Of a stretch of 64,000 bases of DNA, positions 9,584 through 20,419 are shown piece after piece. Position numbers and translations under genes: made by a program. Source of the DNA: a bacterium (GTDB taxonomy: Bacteria > UBA8248); contig OZ241875.1 of assembly GCA_965203325.1 (NCBI GenBank), forward strand, positions 704,001 to 768,000. The letters run 5' to 3'. Below the pieces are notes generated by a model. The model was not told the DNA's origin. It saw only the letters and a list, made by a program, of their open reading frames with translations, and did no database searches. The first letter of the stretch is position 1, and every line of letters starts with the position of its first letter.

Positions 9584-10480
9584 TGATTGCCGTTCACCCT
9601 GATTGGATACAAATTTTCAAGAGCTTTTCCCTTTTATTCAATTTCATAAGTCGATTGTGCTCTGCAATGAGTGAATCGAAGGCTCTGCTCACTATCGCGA
9701 CAATCAACTTCTCTTCCCTGCTCTTGCCGGGAATGTCCGCCAGCACCTACTCGCGCAAATCCATTTTTCGCTCTACTTCAGCAGGCAGATTTTTCTCGCA
9801 GAAAGGGGATTGACAAAGTTTCAGTTGGGATAGTATCACGAGGGTGTCTGATATCCTCAATGATACTAATCCGCTGGGTCTTACTCACTCCCATCCGGGG
9901 GTTTTGTGAGTCCAGTATTCTATTCTGAACCTGATTGATCGAGCAAACAAATTTAACAAATCCGGCCGACCTTCCTATGTTGTAAGAACCCCTTCCATTG
10001 CAGGAGTCAAGGTCAACTGATTTGAAATTTTACAATACCGGCAAAACATTGATTTGGTGAAACAAGGTTTTCAACTTCACAGGGCGCGGCCAAGCCGCTT
10101 ACTGCTAATTCGGTATTTCGGAAGTTGATAAATCCCTCCTCGCTTGGTAGTTATCCACAAAATATAGACAAGATATGTGAATATCTTCATGTATATTGTG
10201 GATGTCTTCATTTTTCATCTTGATGGATGTGGGCATTGTACACTATAATTTAGGCATTGGGGGGTAAGAAACGGCCCATCTGATTTTGTTCGACTGCAGA
10301 TGGCGGTTTTTTGTTTTCGTGACACTAAACGAATTAAAGATTGGATGGTTGTCCTAGACATCTGCCATGTAATGATTAAAGAGCCAAGTACGGTTGCAAG
10401 GAAAACTACAATCGTAAAATTCTTCGCGAACTTAACGATAGAAATTCTGAGACAAACCAACGACAGGAGAAAGCGCGGCC

Positions 10481-11344
10481 ATGACGGATGTAATGAAAAA
10501 TGATCAAGAGCCAGCTACCCAAGCATTGACTCAGGTTGAAGCGAACATATCGGGATCAGCAAGTACTCATAAAGCATGGAATCCTGCTGATTTAGACCAA
10601 CTAATCGCAGAAGCAAAAGCTTTGGCACTTTATGTTGCTCGACATGGTGACAGCCTGTCTGATGGTGACAGCTTGTCTGATAACGATCAAAAGCTCTATG
10701 ACGAGTTGCTCTTGGCTATCGCCAGCATCGAATCGTCCCGTTCGTCAGAACACTGGCGCTCCTTAATGTCGGCTTATGCGAAAATCACGGCCATAACCTA
10801 CCAAAAGCGGGGCGTGAACGGTCGCACCATTTTGGACACTCAGACAAAGCGTGTGTTCTCAATAAGAAACCGACCGACGATAATAGGGGTAGTGCTTTTC
10901 TTCTGCGCGCTGATTCTTGAAAGCCTGATGCGCTGGAGCGGTGGGGTATCGGATGTCAATAAGCTCACTGGTTTCCAAATGCACGTCTATTACCAAATCA
11001 GTTCTCTTTCCTCTCTCTTGGTGCCTGCTTTCTGGGGTGGACTCGGTGGTTGCATCTTCTTGACGAAGCGTATCTCTGACAAGCTGTTCGACATGGCCTA
11101 TGAGGAAGCGCGTATGCGCGGAGACGTCACGCGGATATTCCTCGGCGCCATGCTTGGCGTCGTTATTGTGGTCCTTTTTTTTCCAAATTTCACCGAGCAG
11201 GTCAAGCTCGGGGAAATTACCCTAGCTCCAGCGACAGCGGCTTTTATTGCCGGGCTCGGTGTGAAGCCAGTCTATGCAGCATTTGAGTCCTTGAGCCAAG
11301 AGTTAGCTCGCCGTTTCCAGGGAAGTAGGAGCAATCCAAAGTGA
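10481..11344 (+). CDS. Membrane protein, soluble helical N-terminus plus about 4 TM helices
   Basis: 287-aa ORF with CAGGAG RBS. Hydrophobic segments with Gly motifs (WGGLGGCI, LGAMLGVV, AFIAGLG). Stop overlaps the next start (GTGA). Confidence 0.8.
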   Translation: MTDVMKNDQEPATQALTQVEANISGSASTHKAWNPADLDQLIAEAKALALYVARHGDSLSDGDSLSDNDQKLYDELLLAIASIESSRSSEHWRSLMSAYAKITAITYQKRGVNGRTILDTQTKRVFSIRNRPTIIGVVLFFCALILESLMRWSGGVSDVNKLTGFQMHVYYQISSLSSLLVPAFWGGLGGCIFLTKRISDKLFDMAYEEARMRGDVTRIFLGAMLGVVIVVLFFPNFTEQVKLGEITLAPATAAFIAGLGVKPVYAAFESLSQELARRFQGSRSNPK

Positions 11345-12336
11345 AAGAAACCTGGCTGATCATCAACTTCGCATTTGTATCAATCTTGCTTTTCATAGGT
11401 ACATCGGCCCAAGCAGCAGGTAAGCCGATGCGTCCACCACCCAAAGGCTATGATCACGCGAAGTTCGCTCCGAAAGCGGATATCTACAGAGCATTTCACG
11501 GCTTCACGATCAGTTTCGATTCTAAGGATGACGACGACAGCGAATATGGCCCGGACTTACTCAGAGTTCCTCACTGGGTAAGTCATGAAGTGCGTCGTTG
11601 GGAGCCCTCTGCAGATGACCGGGACAACGACGAGGCTTGGTGCCTCGACACTCTAAAGAGCCGGCCGACTTGGTTTACTGACCCCGACTTACATGCCACT
11701 GGTGTAGCCCCCAAAGACAACAGTTATCGGCACAGTGGTTTCGACCGCGGGCATATGGCAATGAAGCTACTTGTAGAGAGGCTCGACCAAGATGCGGCTT
11801 ATAATACCCACACGCTACTGAACGCGATCCCACAGCGGCCGAAGTTTAACCAGGGTATTTGGCAAAATTTAGAATACCTGACCGGTGCTTGGGCCCAAAA
11901 CTATGGCAAGATATGGGTGATCCAGGGACCAGTGTTCTACAAGGGCAAGATACCGACCTGGATCGGCGATGAGGGCGAGTTCAAGGTCGCGGTACCGGAC
12001 GCCGCCTTCAAAATCGTAATCCGCGAAAAAACCAAAGATGAGATAAGTAAAGGGGCAAATTGGGCTAAAGAAGCTCCCGAAGTCCTAGCTTTCTTATACC
12101 CACAAGTAGGGCCGGGATATTTCGGAAAGAGTGAAGAATATCGACATGAGCGATTCCTGACCACAGTCGATGAGATTGAAGAATTAACTGGTCTTGACTT
12201 CAATTTGTCTAAGAACCGTACCATCGAGAAGAAAGTGGAACGCCGACGTGCCAAGGCACTCTGGGATCCGCCTGTTGTGGATCTAAAGCAGCATCGACTC
12301 TTTCTATCCGGCTGCAGGAAAGGTAGTGGACAGTGA
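11341..12336 (+). CDS. Exported DNA/RNA non-specific endonuclease (NucA/EndoG-like His-Me finger)
   Basis: Signal peptide (..SAQA); GFDRGHMA motif; NAIPQRPKFNQGIWQNLE; IEELTGLDF. Confidence 0.9.
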   Translation: MKETWLIINFAFVSILLFIGTSAQAAGKPMRPPPKGYDHAKFAPKADIYRAFHGFTISFDSKDDDDSEYGPDLLRVPHWVSHEVRRWEPSADDRDNDEAWCLDTLKSRPTWFTDPDLHATGVAPKDNSYRHSGFDRGHMAMKLLVERLDQDAAYNTHTLLNAIPQRPKFNQGIWQNLEYLTGAWAQNYGKIWVIQGPVFYKGKIPTWIGDEGEFKVAVPDAAFKIVIREKTKDEISKGANWAKEAPEVLAFLYPQVGPGYFGKSEEYRHERFLTTVDEIEELTGLDFNLSKNRTIEKKVERRRAKALWDPPVVDLKQHRLFLSGCRKGSGQ

Positions 12337-13019
12337 TTTGATTAGAGTAAAGACGACTCTGACTCATATGGAACACGCGCTACGCGGATTGTAATCAAAC
12401 TGAACGTAGGCAGATTACAACTTCTATACATCTTGGCGAGTCACTGGTGGATCGTTTTCTTGCCCACTTCCAAATTTCTACCCGCCGCAATCTGAATGCA
12501 ATAATGCCTCGCCGCTTCGCAACTCCTCGTCGCGCTGGTCTCAAATAGTCAATAGTTCGTATCGCTACTTCCTTTATTTCGATTTCACTTTATGTGACGG
12601 TATTATCACTTTTCTTGGGATTCCAGAATTTCGAAGGTTGGATTTTACTCGGCATTAATAAGATTTTTTCAATGACTATTGCTGTAGGATTACCATCTGG
12701 AACGCTTGACGAATCCCTCGTAGTTCCTCAAGTCCCAAACTCTTAAGACAGTCCTTTCGATAATTATAGTTGTGTTCCGACAATTGTCACAATGATGTGC
12801 TCAATCATTGCTAACACAACGGAAGGCAGAGACGATCCATCTGCCGATGACAAACCAGGCTAGCTTGCATTCCTCTTAGGTAGGTTCAAGCGCCACTCCC
12901 TCTTCCACTGTGCTGCTCAGTAACCGAACCCAAGGAGGTTCGACTGCTATTCAGAACCAGAGCAAAGCCGAACATATCAACACCGTGGTCCCGACACGTC
13001 GGCACTCAACCCCTCCACA

Positions 13020-14921
13020 CTATCCTAACGTCAACGTTCTATGGTCATTAGTATATGAAGGACCAATTGTATAGCTTTCCAACTCAAGCTCCGGGTTCAT
13101 CATGGAGGTGGTGAATATTACCTGATATGGTGCATGCAATTCAGTTACGCGTTCAACAATTATCCGTTGAAACAAATGACTACGTTCTACTTCCATCCCT
13201 TTATCTTCGACATTATCAATCAATAAAAACCGTGGATGAAAAAATTGCTCATTCTCTCCGGCCGCTAGAAAAAGCCCCAATACCGCAGCATTCTTCAGAA
13301 AGACATTGCTGCTCTCCGCAAAATTAAGCAATCCATCAACAAAAATCGCATCATTCCGAAAGTCAAAGTCCACCCGATTTGCGAGAACAAACTCCCGTTG
13401 CCTTTCCAGATCGGCACGAAGAATTTCAGCGCTAATTTTTGACATCTGAGACAAAGCTATAGAACGTCGCTGCTCCGCCTTCTGCTGTAGAACCGCGCTT
13501 CTCTCAGTTAGCCTATCAATTTCAATTAATAGCGCATCTCTTCTGTTAGCAAGTATTTCGATTTGTTCGGCAATCTCAAGATTACTGATAAGATAACCAA
13601 CTTCAGCATCGATTTGTCCCAACCGTTTCGTCCTAGCGGCAAGAAACTCTTCTCTTGGTCCGTTTCCACCTCCATATCTCAATTCAAAACTCGATAAGTT
13701 TAGCTCATGCTCCCGACGCAATCGTCGCAATTCCTGTCGACTTACGCTGATTTCACTCTCCTTTTGAATTGTGAGTTGCCTTGATTCCCGGGCTTGAATT
13801 TCCAAATCAAGCCGAATCTGGTTGTATCTTCCCTTTTCCCTTTCCATGTCAATGGGTGATTTGCAGACAACGCAATGTTTTTTTGGAACCTCTGAATCAA
13901 GTGCAATTCCGCATGCAGGGCAGTGAGTGAACTCAATAGAACCAATTGCCTTCAACGTTGCTTCTGCAAAGGTTAGTTTTTCCATGCCCTCTTGCAAATA
14001 AACCATATATTCTGATATTTCCCGTAACTCAAACTCCAGATTTACTACTTTTGACTCCAAATTGTGTAATGACGCTCGTTCTTTACTTATAGATGACCAT
14101 GCAACTTTCCGCTCCGACAGATATTCCTTTACCTCACCTAGCTTCACATGTTCATCCACGTTATTAATCTCTTCTTGTAATACCGATGCCTCTTGTTGCA
14201 GCTTTTCTATTGCTTGCTTAATAAGTGCAGGCGTAGCGATTGCTTCGTCATTAAGTAGAACCCTTTGTAAGCCACCGAGTTCAACTTTCACACCATCCAA
14301 CTCTTTACGTCTCTCACGAAGTTGCAAATCAATTTCATAAATTTCATACTCACTGATTCCACATACCAGATCGCCAACCGCTTCTCGGATGCCTTGTGTG
14401 TCGAACGCTTCAAACCGAAAGAGTCGCGTAGCTAGTGTGCGTTGATCCGAGTAACATAAACGGAGTATTTGATGCATAGTGACGTTAGAAGCACCCTCGC
14501 TCTGCGCTTCTGGTATCAAGAGGGAACGAAACATAATTTGGGAGAAGCTTTCTCTTCCCCCGTGGCGACGGATAGGAAACTGCTCCCATCCTTCCATTGA
14601 GCTTTTTGTCGCGATTTCCATTGGGCCAAAGAAAACTAGAATCGGTTCTTGGGCGGTCGTTATGCGACGCAATAAGGTTAACTTCCCCCGTGGCGTCTCT
14701 ACTTCTGCCTGGATTTCGTCGCATTGACCGGCGGCCTCTTTCCAATCGTCGAACTCTCCTCCAAGCGCAAAGAATATAAAATCGGCAATAGTCGACTTAC
14801 CGGAACCGTTCTGCCCACGGATAATGTTAACTCCTTCATGAAACGCTTGGTCGTACGCAATACGTCCTCGACGACTGATGCGCAAGCGATTTAGGCGAAG
14901 AAAGCAGCCATTTCTCTTCAT
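13020..14921 (-). CDS. lmuB: Lamassu/ABC-3C SMC-like ATPase (LmuB)
   Basis: Walker A GQNGSGKST, long coiled coils, central CPACG..CVVC zinc-hook, C-terminal FLLIDNVEDKGM and QVIFTTS. Confidence 0.85.
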   Translation of the reverse strand: MKRNGCFLRLNRLRISRRGRIAYDQAFHEGVNIIRGQNGSGKSTIADFIFFALGGEFDDWKEAAGQCDEIQAEVETPRGKLTLLRRITTAQEPILVFFGPMEIATKSSMEGWEQFPIRRHGGRESFSQIMFRSLLIPEAQSEGASNVTMHQILRLCYSDQRTLATRLFRFEAFDTQGIREAVGDLVCGISEYEIYEIDLQLRERRKELDGVKVELGGLQRVLLNDEAIATPALIKQAIEKLQQEASVLQEEINNVDEHVKLGEVKEYLSERKVAWSSISKERASLHNLESKVVNLEFELREISEYMVYLQEGMEKLTFAEATLKAIGSIEFTHCPACGIALDSEVPKKHCVVCKSPIDMEREKGRYNQIRLDLEIQARESRQLTIQKESEISVSRQELRRLRREHELNLSSFELRYGGGNGPREEFLAARTKRLGQIDAEVGYLISNLEIAEQIEILANRRDALLIEIDRLTERSAVLQQKAEQRRSIALSQMSKISAEILRADLERQREFVLANRVDFDFRNDAIFVDGLLNFAESSNVFLKNAAVLGLFLAAGENEQFFHPRFLLIDNVEDKGMEVERSHLFQRIIVERVTELHAPYQVIFTTSMMNPELELESYTIGPSYTNDHRTLTLG

Positions 14922-15421
14922 CCGAGTCTCCTAATGCCAGCGTTCCTTCTTAGTGCTGGGATTTCATCATCAACGATTGCCGCAAAATCACCGGTAAGGA
15001 ATTGGATGAGAGACACTTCGTGGCCAGTATAATTTCCTATGGCCGCGGACCTGAATATATCAATCCCTGTCTGCGATAATTCCACAAGACCCGTGTGTAG
15101 AGTTTCCACAGAAACGATCCCCTTTCCCGACATCGCGCGCAGGGCTTCCTTTTGAATCGGTTCCATCTTATTAAAAAGCAAGGGAGCGGCAGGATATTGC
15201 AAAAATGATTTCTCCGGCCGTGAAATCATTAACGCGGAAAACGCTTTTCTTGTATCTCTAGACATTGTGCATCTATGAAGAAGGGGTGGATTCGCGAAAA
15301 AGAAATCTGAAATGTACAAGCGTTCGATGCCAGGGGGTGTCTTGAAAGAAAGGAGCAATCCTCCTAGGCGTCGAATGCATGAGAAAACATCCAGCTGGGG
15401 ATACCAAAGCCTAACGTTCAT
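14918..15421 (-). CDS. lmuC: Lamassu/ABC-3C middle component (LmuC)
   Basis: Small ORF (LWYPQLDVFSCIRRL..LYISDFFFANP) coupled by ATGA overlaps to both neighbours. Confidence 0.75.
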   Translation of the reverse strand: MNVRLWYPQLDVFSCIRRLGGLLLSFKTPPGIERLYISDFFFANPPLLHRCTMSRDTRKAFSALMISRPEKSFLQYPAAPLLFNKMEPIQKEALRAMSGKGIVSVETLHTGLVELSQTGIDIFRSAAIGNYTGHEVSLIQFLTGDFAAIVDDEIPALRRNAGIRRLG

Positions 15422-16611
15422 GATGAAGAATCCCATCGTATGTGGCATTGCTCAGTAAGAAAATACAATGCGCTTAAAATCGATTTTGCACTGAAGTTCG
15501 TCCCACCAATTTTCTTTGTCGATAAGGAGTCAATTATCTTCTCTTGTATAGCAGCACGAATTTCATCGTCCGAGGCTGATTTACAGATAAGGGGATGATA
15601 GACATGGGTAACAAATCGCGTTTCGACTTCTGAAAGAAGATTGTCATGGTCCTCCCGCGCTGCGGTGAAAAGACCCGTTTTTGTATATCGTCTAGCAAAA
15701 TGATTCTGAGCATCGTTGGCGTAGTTATATTCGTGCTCCCGTCCCGCTTCAATTAGCTTTGCAAGTAGATCTCGTCGATCTCCAAGGCTCTTTTCGGTGT
15801 AGTCTTCGGATTCTACGATGAATTGTTCCTGCGAAGAGGTAGCCATCTCTGCCGAAATTATAACGTTGCGGATATGTCGTTTGACCCCAAGATATACGAT
15901 ATCCTCCCGGTTTCGTGGTTTACAAATGTTGATATGATCTTTATCGACAGGTACCGGATTTGATTTACTAACACCGGGATCCGCAGCTTCTCGAGAAACA
16001 ACCACTCCCATTTTTTTTGTGAGATGTTTTTCATAATAGACAGCAGTAGAAAGATCTTCGCGACTATTGGCTAGGGTGCGATAGTGTTCATTTAGGTCGT
16101 ATAGAAACCCTGTATCATCCGACAGAAGTTTGATTTGTTTTGACGTGAAGGGAACAACATCAAGAATGTTAGCCATTGCTGGCGCTGTATGTGGTGTAGA
16201 CAAGAAAACGACTAATTTCGTAGCATGATAAATCCTTTTCCAATCTTCATCTTCAGCTTCAAAGGACTTCCGGAGAAGTAATTTTGTAAGAATGCCGCCG
16301 AGACTATGTGTGACGAATACAATAGGGAGACGACCTATCTCATTTCCAGCAAACAGCTCGAGAACGTTCGCGGCGCGCTCGTACATATCCATTTCTTTCT
16401 TTGCCCATTTCTCGAATATGCTCGTTGGATAACCTAGAGTGAAAACAGAAATGCGATTCAAATCGTTTTGGAGCCATTGTGGCCAAAAGTCATCTCCAGA
16501 TTCGTCAGTCCACGTTTCTTTCGCATCTCCCGTTAATCCGTGGACAAAAATTACGTCGATGAGCGGGGAGTCTCCGGAAGCGATACGATGGAATAGAGGT
16601 TCGTCACTCAT
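15418..16611 (-). CDS. lmuA: Lamassu effector (LmuA): alpha/beta hydrolase (lipase-like) fused to ABC-3C C-terminal domain
   Basis: DVIFVHGLTG, nucleophile elbow THSLGG, KDHINICKP. The C-terminal LYFLTEQCHIRW ending is typical of ABC-3C CTDs. Confidence 0.8.
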   Translation of the reverse strand: MSDEPLFHRIASGDSPLIDVIFVHGLTGDAKETWTDESGDDFWPQWLQNDLNRISVFTLGYPTSIFEKWAKKEMDMYERAANVLELFAGNEIGRLPIVFVTHSLGGILTKLLLRKSFEAEDEDWKRIYHATKLVVFLSTPHTAPAMANILDVVPFTSKQIKLLSDDTGFLYDLNEHYRTLANSREDLSTAVYYEKHLTKKMGVVVSREAADPGVSKSNPVPVDKDHINICKPRNREDIVYLGVKRHIRNVIISAEMATSSQEQFIVESEDYTEKSLGDRRDLLAKLIEAGREHEYNYANDAQNHFARRYTKTGLFTAAREDHDNLLSEVETRFVTHVYHPLICKSASDDEIRAAIQEKIIDSLSTKKIGGTNFSAKSILSALYFLTEQCHIRWDSSS

Positions 16612-17265
16612 TAAAAACTCGTTAAAGATGGATTGCGATATCGTTTGCTACAAAAAAAGTGAGAAGACCGATATCTAATAATGTGTGTGTCTGAGAGTCT
16701 ATTGGCAATTGTACGAGTCCATACAGGATAGTTAGAGACAGCTTCAAGTCCATACCGGATTATATTCGGCTTAACTGCTTTGTAGTGTTCCATTTTCCAT
16801 TTCCTCTCGGTCGTTCGCCTCAGCTAGCGATGTTTTCTTCGCCTTCTTGGATTGGCTTGCCCGCCAGTTGTCGCATGTGAGGACACTTTTAGTAAACGTA
16901 TCACTGTTGCAAGGATTCCAGATACAATCATATTGTAGAAGCATTTGTTCGCGATGTTTGTCACGAGAGCTACTCTCCAGCGGGCGACAGCGAGACATTT
17001 TTAGGTAAATTTTGCAGAGATTGATGGGGTGCGGATCTTGGGTTCTCTCGCCAACGCGTCATTACAGTCAACCAAACATTTCTTATAGCTAGGGTAGAGT
17101 CTCCCAGCTAATCCACGCATACGAACGGGTTGAACCAAGGGGCACACAGTTTGACTTCTCCTCAGATGACGAGGGAACGAGGGTCCCCCCAGATAATCAG
17201 TGGCGAAGATATCGGGTGACAGACCCCATCACTTGTACTCTAAGTTGGCCATGTTTGATGTAGAC

Positions 17266-18309
17266 TTAACCTTGACGCTTTTGGGCAGGCCGCTGTCTAC
17301 CGCCATCCTTGGAAAGTGGCACTGCATCATCGTCGTCGCGGCCGTTCCAGAGCAATCCTGGATGCGGAACGCGATAGTATCCATCATCCTTTTTCAGGGT
17401 TCTTGGCCTCCCGGGAACGGCTGTCGCTTCGAACCGTCCTTTCGCTCCTTGAAGATACGCCTCTACGATTTCTGCGCATATCCACTTTCGGCCCAGTCGC
17501 TCGGCTACTTCGCCCGTAACACAACTCCCTCCGAAAGGATCCAGAACCATGTCTCCCGGATCTGTAACCATGCGGATAAAGTACTCGGGTAGTGCGGCGG
17601 GGAAACGAGCGGGGTGCGGTTTGATATCTTTTTCTCTGCAATAGCGCATGTAGCCGCTGTTGCTTTCTGTATTCGGAATCGCGATCAGGTTTGGCGGAAT
17701 CGCCGCGCCATTGTCGATTGTGAATTTCTCGCTGATGTCATGCCCCGACGGCCGCAACTTGGCTTTGTAGCCATTGCTCAGTAGTGCCTTCATGCTATCG
17801 CTATAAGGCTGCAAGACACGGCGATTGCTGGCACGTGGCCAAGGTGTCTTGGACAGCCACCAAACGGTATTGATCCCGTCCTTTACACGTATGCGACGGA
17901 CGTTCACCCATTCGGCCGGCGTAGGCAGCTTTGATGGGTTCCACCAGTAAAACTCCTGGGCGAGATGAAAATCGTATTCCTCGCATAGCATGATCAGCAG
18001 CTTGAAGTGATAAAGGCTCCGTACCGGAAGCCCCGGTTTCCATGCGCCGCCGAGGTCAATGACAAGGCTGCCATCGTCTTTCAGGATGCGGTGAAACTGT
18101 TCTGCGAAATCCCTGAACCATTCAAGATAGGCATCCTCTTGCTCGTTCCCATAATCCTTCTTGCGCGTCAGCGCAAAGGGTGGGCTAGTCATGATTAGAT
18201 CGACTGATGCTTTCTCACGGCATTTCATCATCGCCAGGCTGTCGCCGTGATAGATGCACCCGAGATGAGTCTGATGAAAAACAACCAGAGGCTGCTCAGT
18301 AGTCATCAT
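17266..18309 (-). CDS. Beta-class N4-cytosine DNA methyltransferase (M.PvuII-like)
   Basis: TSPPFALTRKKDYGN catalytic motif precedes HPARFP..VLDPFGGS (motif I); closely resembles M.PvuII as I recall it. Confidence 0.9.
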   Translation of the reverse strand: MMTTEQPLVVFHQTHLGCIYHGDSLAMMKCREKASVDLIMTSPPFALTRKKDYGNEQEDAYLEWFRDFAEQFHRILKDDGSLVIDLGGAWKPGLPVRSLYHFKLLIMLCEEYDFHLAQEFYWWNPSKLPTPAEWVNVRRIRVKDGINTVWWLSKTPWPRASNRRVLQPYSDSMKALLSNGYKAKLRPSGHDISEKFTIDNGAAIPPNLIAIPNTESNSGYMRYCREKDIKPHPARFPAALPEYFIRMVTDPGDMVLDPFGGSCVTGEVAERLGRKWICAEIVEAYLQGAKGRFEATAVPGRPRTLKKDDGYYRVPHPGLLWNGRDDDDAVPLSKDGGRQRPAQKRQG

Positions 18310-18319
18310 TTAGCCTCCC

Positions 18320-19687
18320 TCAGAGTTCCAGCTTTTTCAGGTTCATCGCATGCCGCGCCTCGCGTTCAAAGGCCCGCAGAATCGCGGCGGGACGTTCGCT
18401 GATGGTGCTCAAGTCGCCACCGTCTAGCATGACAATCGCAAGATTCGAGTCGGCCATAATCTTGTTGGCGTAGCGGCGCGCCTCGCTGCCGATGTCCCCT
18501 GTCGTAACGATGACGATCACGTTGCTCTTGAGGAAGTGCGTGAGTCCGACTTCTTTTGCCACATCGTCCAGCGAGACGCGGGCGGTGTTCTTGCACTGCA
18601 CCTGCCACCTGAAATACACGAGGCGAGCGCTTTCGAAGATCAGATCAACCTCCGCACCTCCTGTCTGGTTCGCCCGGAGGCGGGTTGCGACATAGGTCAT
18701 GTCGAGAAGGCGCATGATTTTGAAAGCGAGCGCCTCCAAAGCAAGCCCCGCCCTGTAACGATTCTTGTCATCTATCTCCTTTAGAATGGCGGAGAGCGGC
18801 GTACGCAAGAGTGCTAGAAGCTTCGGATCGGTTTGTCCTTTGAGCTGCTCAAGGAGTGGGTCGACAACATCCGCGATGAGTTTCGGTGTTGGGGCAACTT
18901 GAAAGGGCTTCGCTCCACGCCCCGTGGTCGTTTTCTCGGCGGTGATATAACCAGCTTCCTCCAGATCGTTGAGGACGAGCTTCGGTAAGCTCTTCTCAGG
19001 GAACTTGACACCATAGGTTGCAGCAGCGAGCTTGGCAATCTCATTTGCGCCCTGGGGCTCGCTCGTTCCTGTATTGGCCAGGGCACGCAAGAAAGCGCGT
19101 TGTTCGGGTGTAAGACCAGCCAGAACTTCGAACTCATCGGGATTAAGCCCGAGGATGTCCTCAACTCGATGCGGGTCGATCTGCCAACGACTTCCGACAA
19201 AGACACCGGCCTTGGCAAGCCAGAGGCGCATCATGCTCGGATGTTTCCCACCTGAAGGGTAATGAACGCCACGCGCGGCGAGTCCCTGGCGTAGCGTGGT
19301 GAGATTCACCTGCTCTCCCGCAGCCACCATGTCCTGAATGCAGCGTACGAGCGTCATGCCGTGAAGGTTTAGAAGAATATGTTTTGCGAGGCACTCATAG
19401 AGAGCGGCCTCGTCGTCTATTAAGGTGAGAAGCTGTTGTCCAAAAGGTGTCAGCGACGCTTGGCGGTCAATGATGCCATAGGCGATCATCCCGAGCTTCG
19501 TGTTGTTGGCAAGTTTGCCGCGGTTATATTCACTAGTCTTGTGTCCCTCGAAATAAGCTTCCCGCACTTCATTTTCAAAGGCACGCCAGTCCCCTCCGTG
19601 AATGTCGGCGAACTCCAGCACGACCGGAAGCTCGATCTGCGAGGGAGAGAACTCACTGCCGAAGGGAAGGTCGCTTTTCTTTCTCAC
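18320..19687 (-). CDS. Restriction endonuclease with C-terminal Mrr-like PD-(Q)xK domain
   Basis: GLALE..GAEVDL..WQVQCKN..DDVAKEVG..IVTTG; lies directly upstream of the MTase. Confidence 0.8.
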   Translation of the reverse strand: MRKKSDLPFGSEFSPSQIELPVVLEFADIHGGDWRAFENEVREAYFEGHKTSEYNRGKLANNTKLGMIAYGIIDRQASLTPFGQQLLTLIDDEAALYECLAKHILLNLHGMTLVRCIQDMVAAGEQVNLTTLRQGLAARGVHYPSGGKHPSMMRLWLAKAGVFVGSRWQIDPHRVEDILGLNPDEFEVLAGLTPEQRAFLRALANTGTSEPQGANEIAKLAAATYGVKFPEKSLPKLVLNDLEEAGYITAEKTTTGRGAKPFQVAPTPKLIADVVDPLLEQLKGQTDPKLLALLRTPLSAILKEIDDKNRYRAGLALEALAFKIMRLLDMTYVATRLRANQTGGAEVDLIFESARLVYFRWQVQCKNTARVSLDDVAKEVGLTHFLKSNVIVIVTTGDIGSEARRYANKIMADSNLAIVMLDGGDLSTISERPAAILRAFEREARHAMNLKKLEL

Positions 19688-20419
19688 GGCTTAATCCCTT
19701 CTGTGAGGCAGCTCAATACTCTCTTTCTTTCTTTTGCTTGACTTAGCGTGATCGGGTATGGGGCATGGCTGAGGGGATCCAGATAGTCGCTGACATCTCT
19801 TCGGATGCTGTGGGTGGTAGATACGTCGTGGGCGTTCGCGAACGTGGTCACGCGACTATGGTGTGATTTCCTGAAGCTGGCACCGAGATTTGCGGTCGGC
19901 TTGGCCTCTCGTGGCCGAGGCATGAGTTTCAACTCCCCGTCGGGCGGGACTTGTGTATCCTACATTAAATTGGCGCAGTGTGAAATATCGTCTTCGAGAT
20001 TTGCTGCCATATCCGGTGAAGTTCTTTTCTAAAATAATAGTGGTTAATCCGCAGCAGCTCTTCTTTATTTCGCAGGCGTGCACACTTGCACTCTGGAAGT
20101 GCGAGCACGATGATAACGCCGATTTGCTCCGCTTGGCTCGCAAGTTCCGAACTCTTTACACTGTCCTTCGCGACGGCTATCGCCGCGATTTGGCTCCTGG
20201 CGTTTACCGATTGCCACCGCTGTGAAATGCTTAATCTGCGCAACGCCACGAGTCAGATTAGCACCAAATCAATACAGCCCGACTAGTATCAGGTAACCCG
20301 CCTAGTTTAGACGGTCCCTTGCATGAGAAATCCGGTCATGATACCGGCAACAGAGAAGACGTAGCAATCTCGTAAGTACTGCAGTCAAAACAAACTTTGG
20401 ACGTCAAGGATATACACTC

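Noticed and set aside
12340..13015. Possible ncRNA or retron-like element between the nuclease and Lamassu
   Set aside because: No RT gene and no convincing long stem or repeat found by eye.
19684..19932. Controller (C) protein for the R-M system
   Set aside because: The ORF shows no HTH pattern and no C-box was identified.
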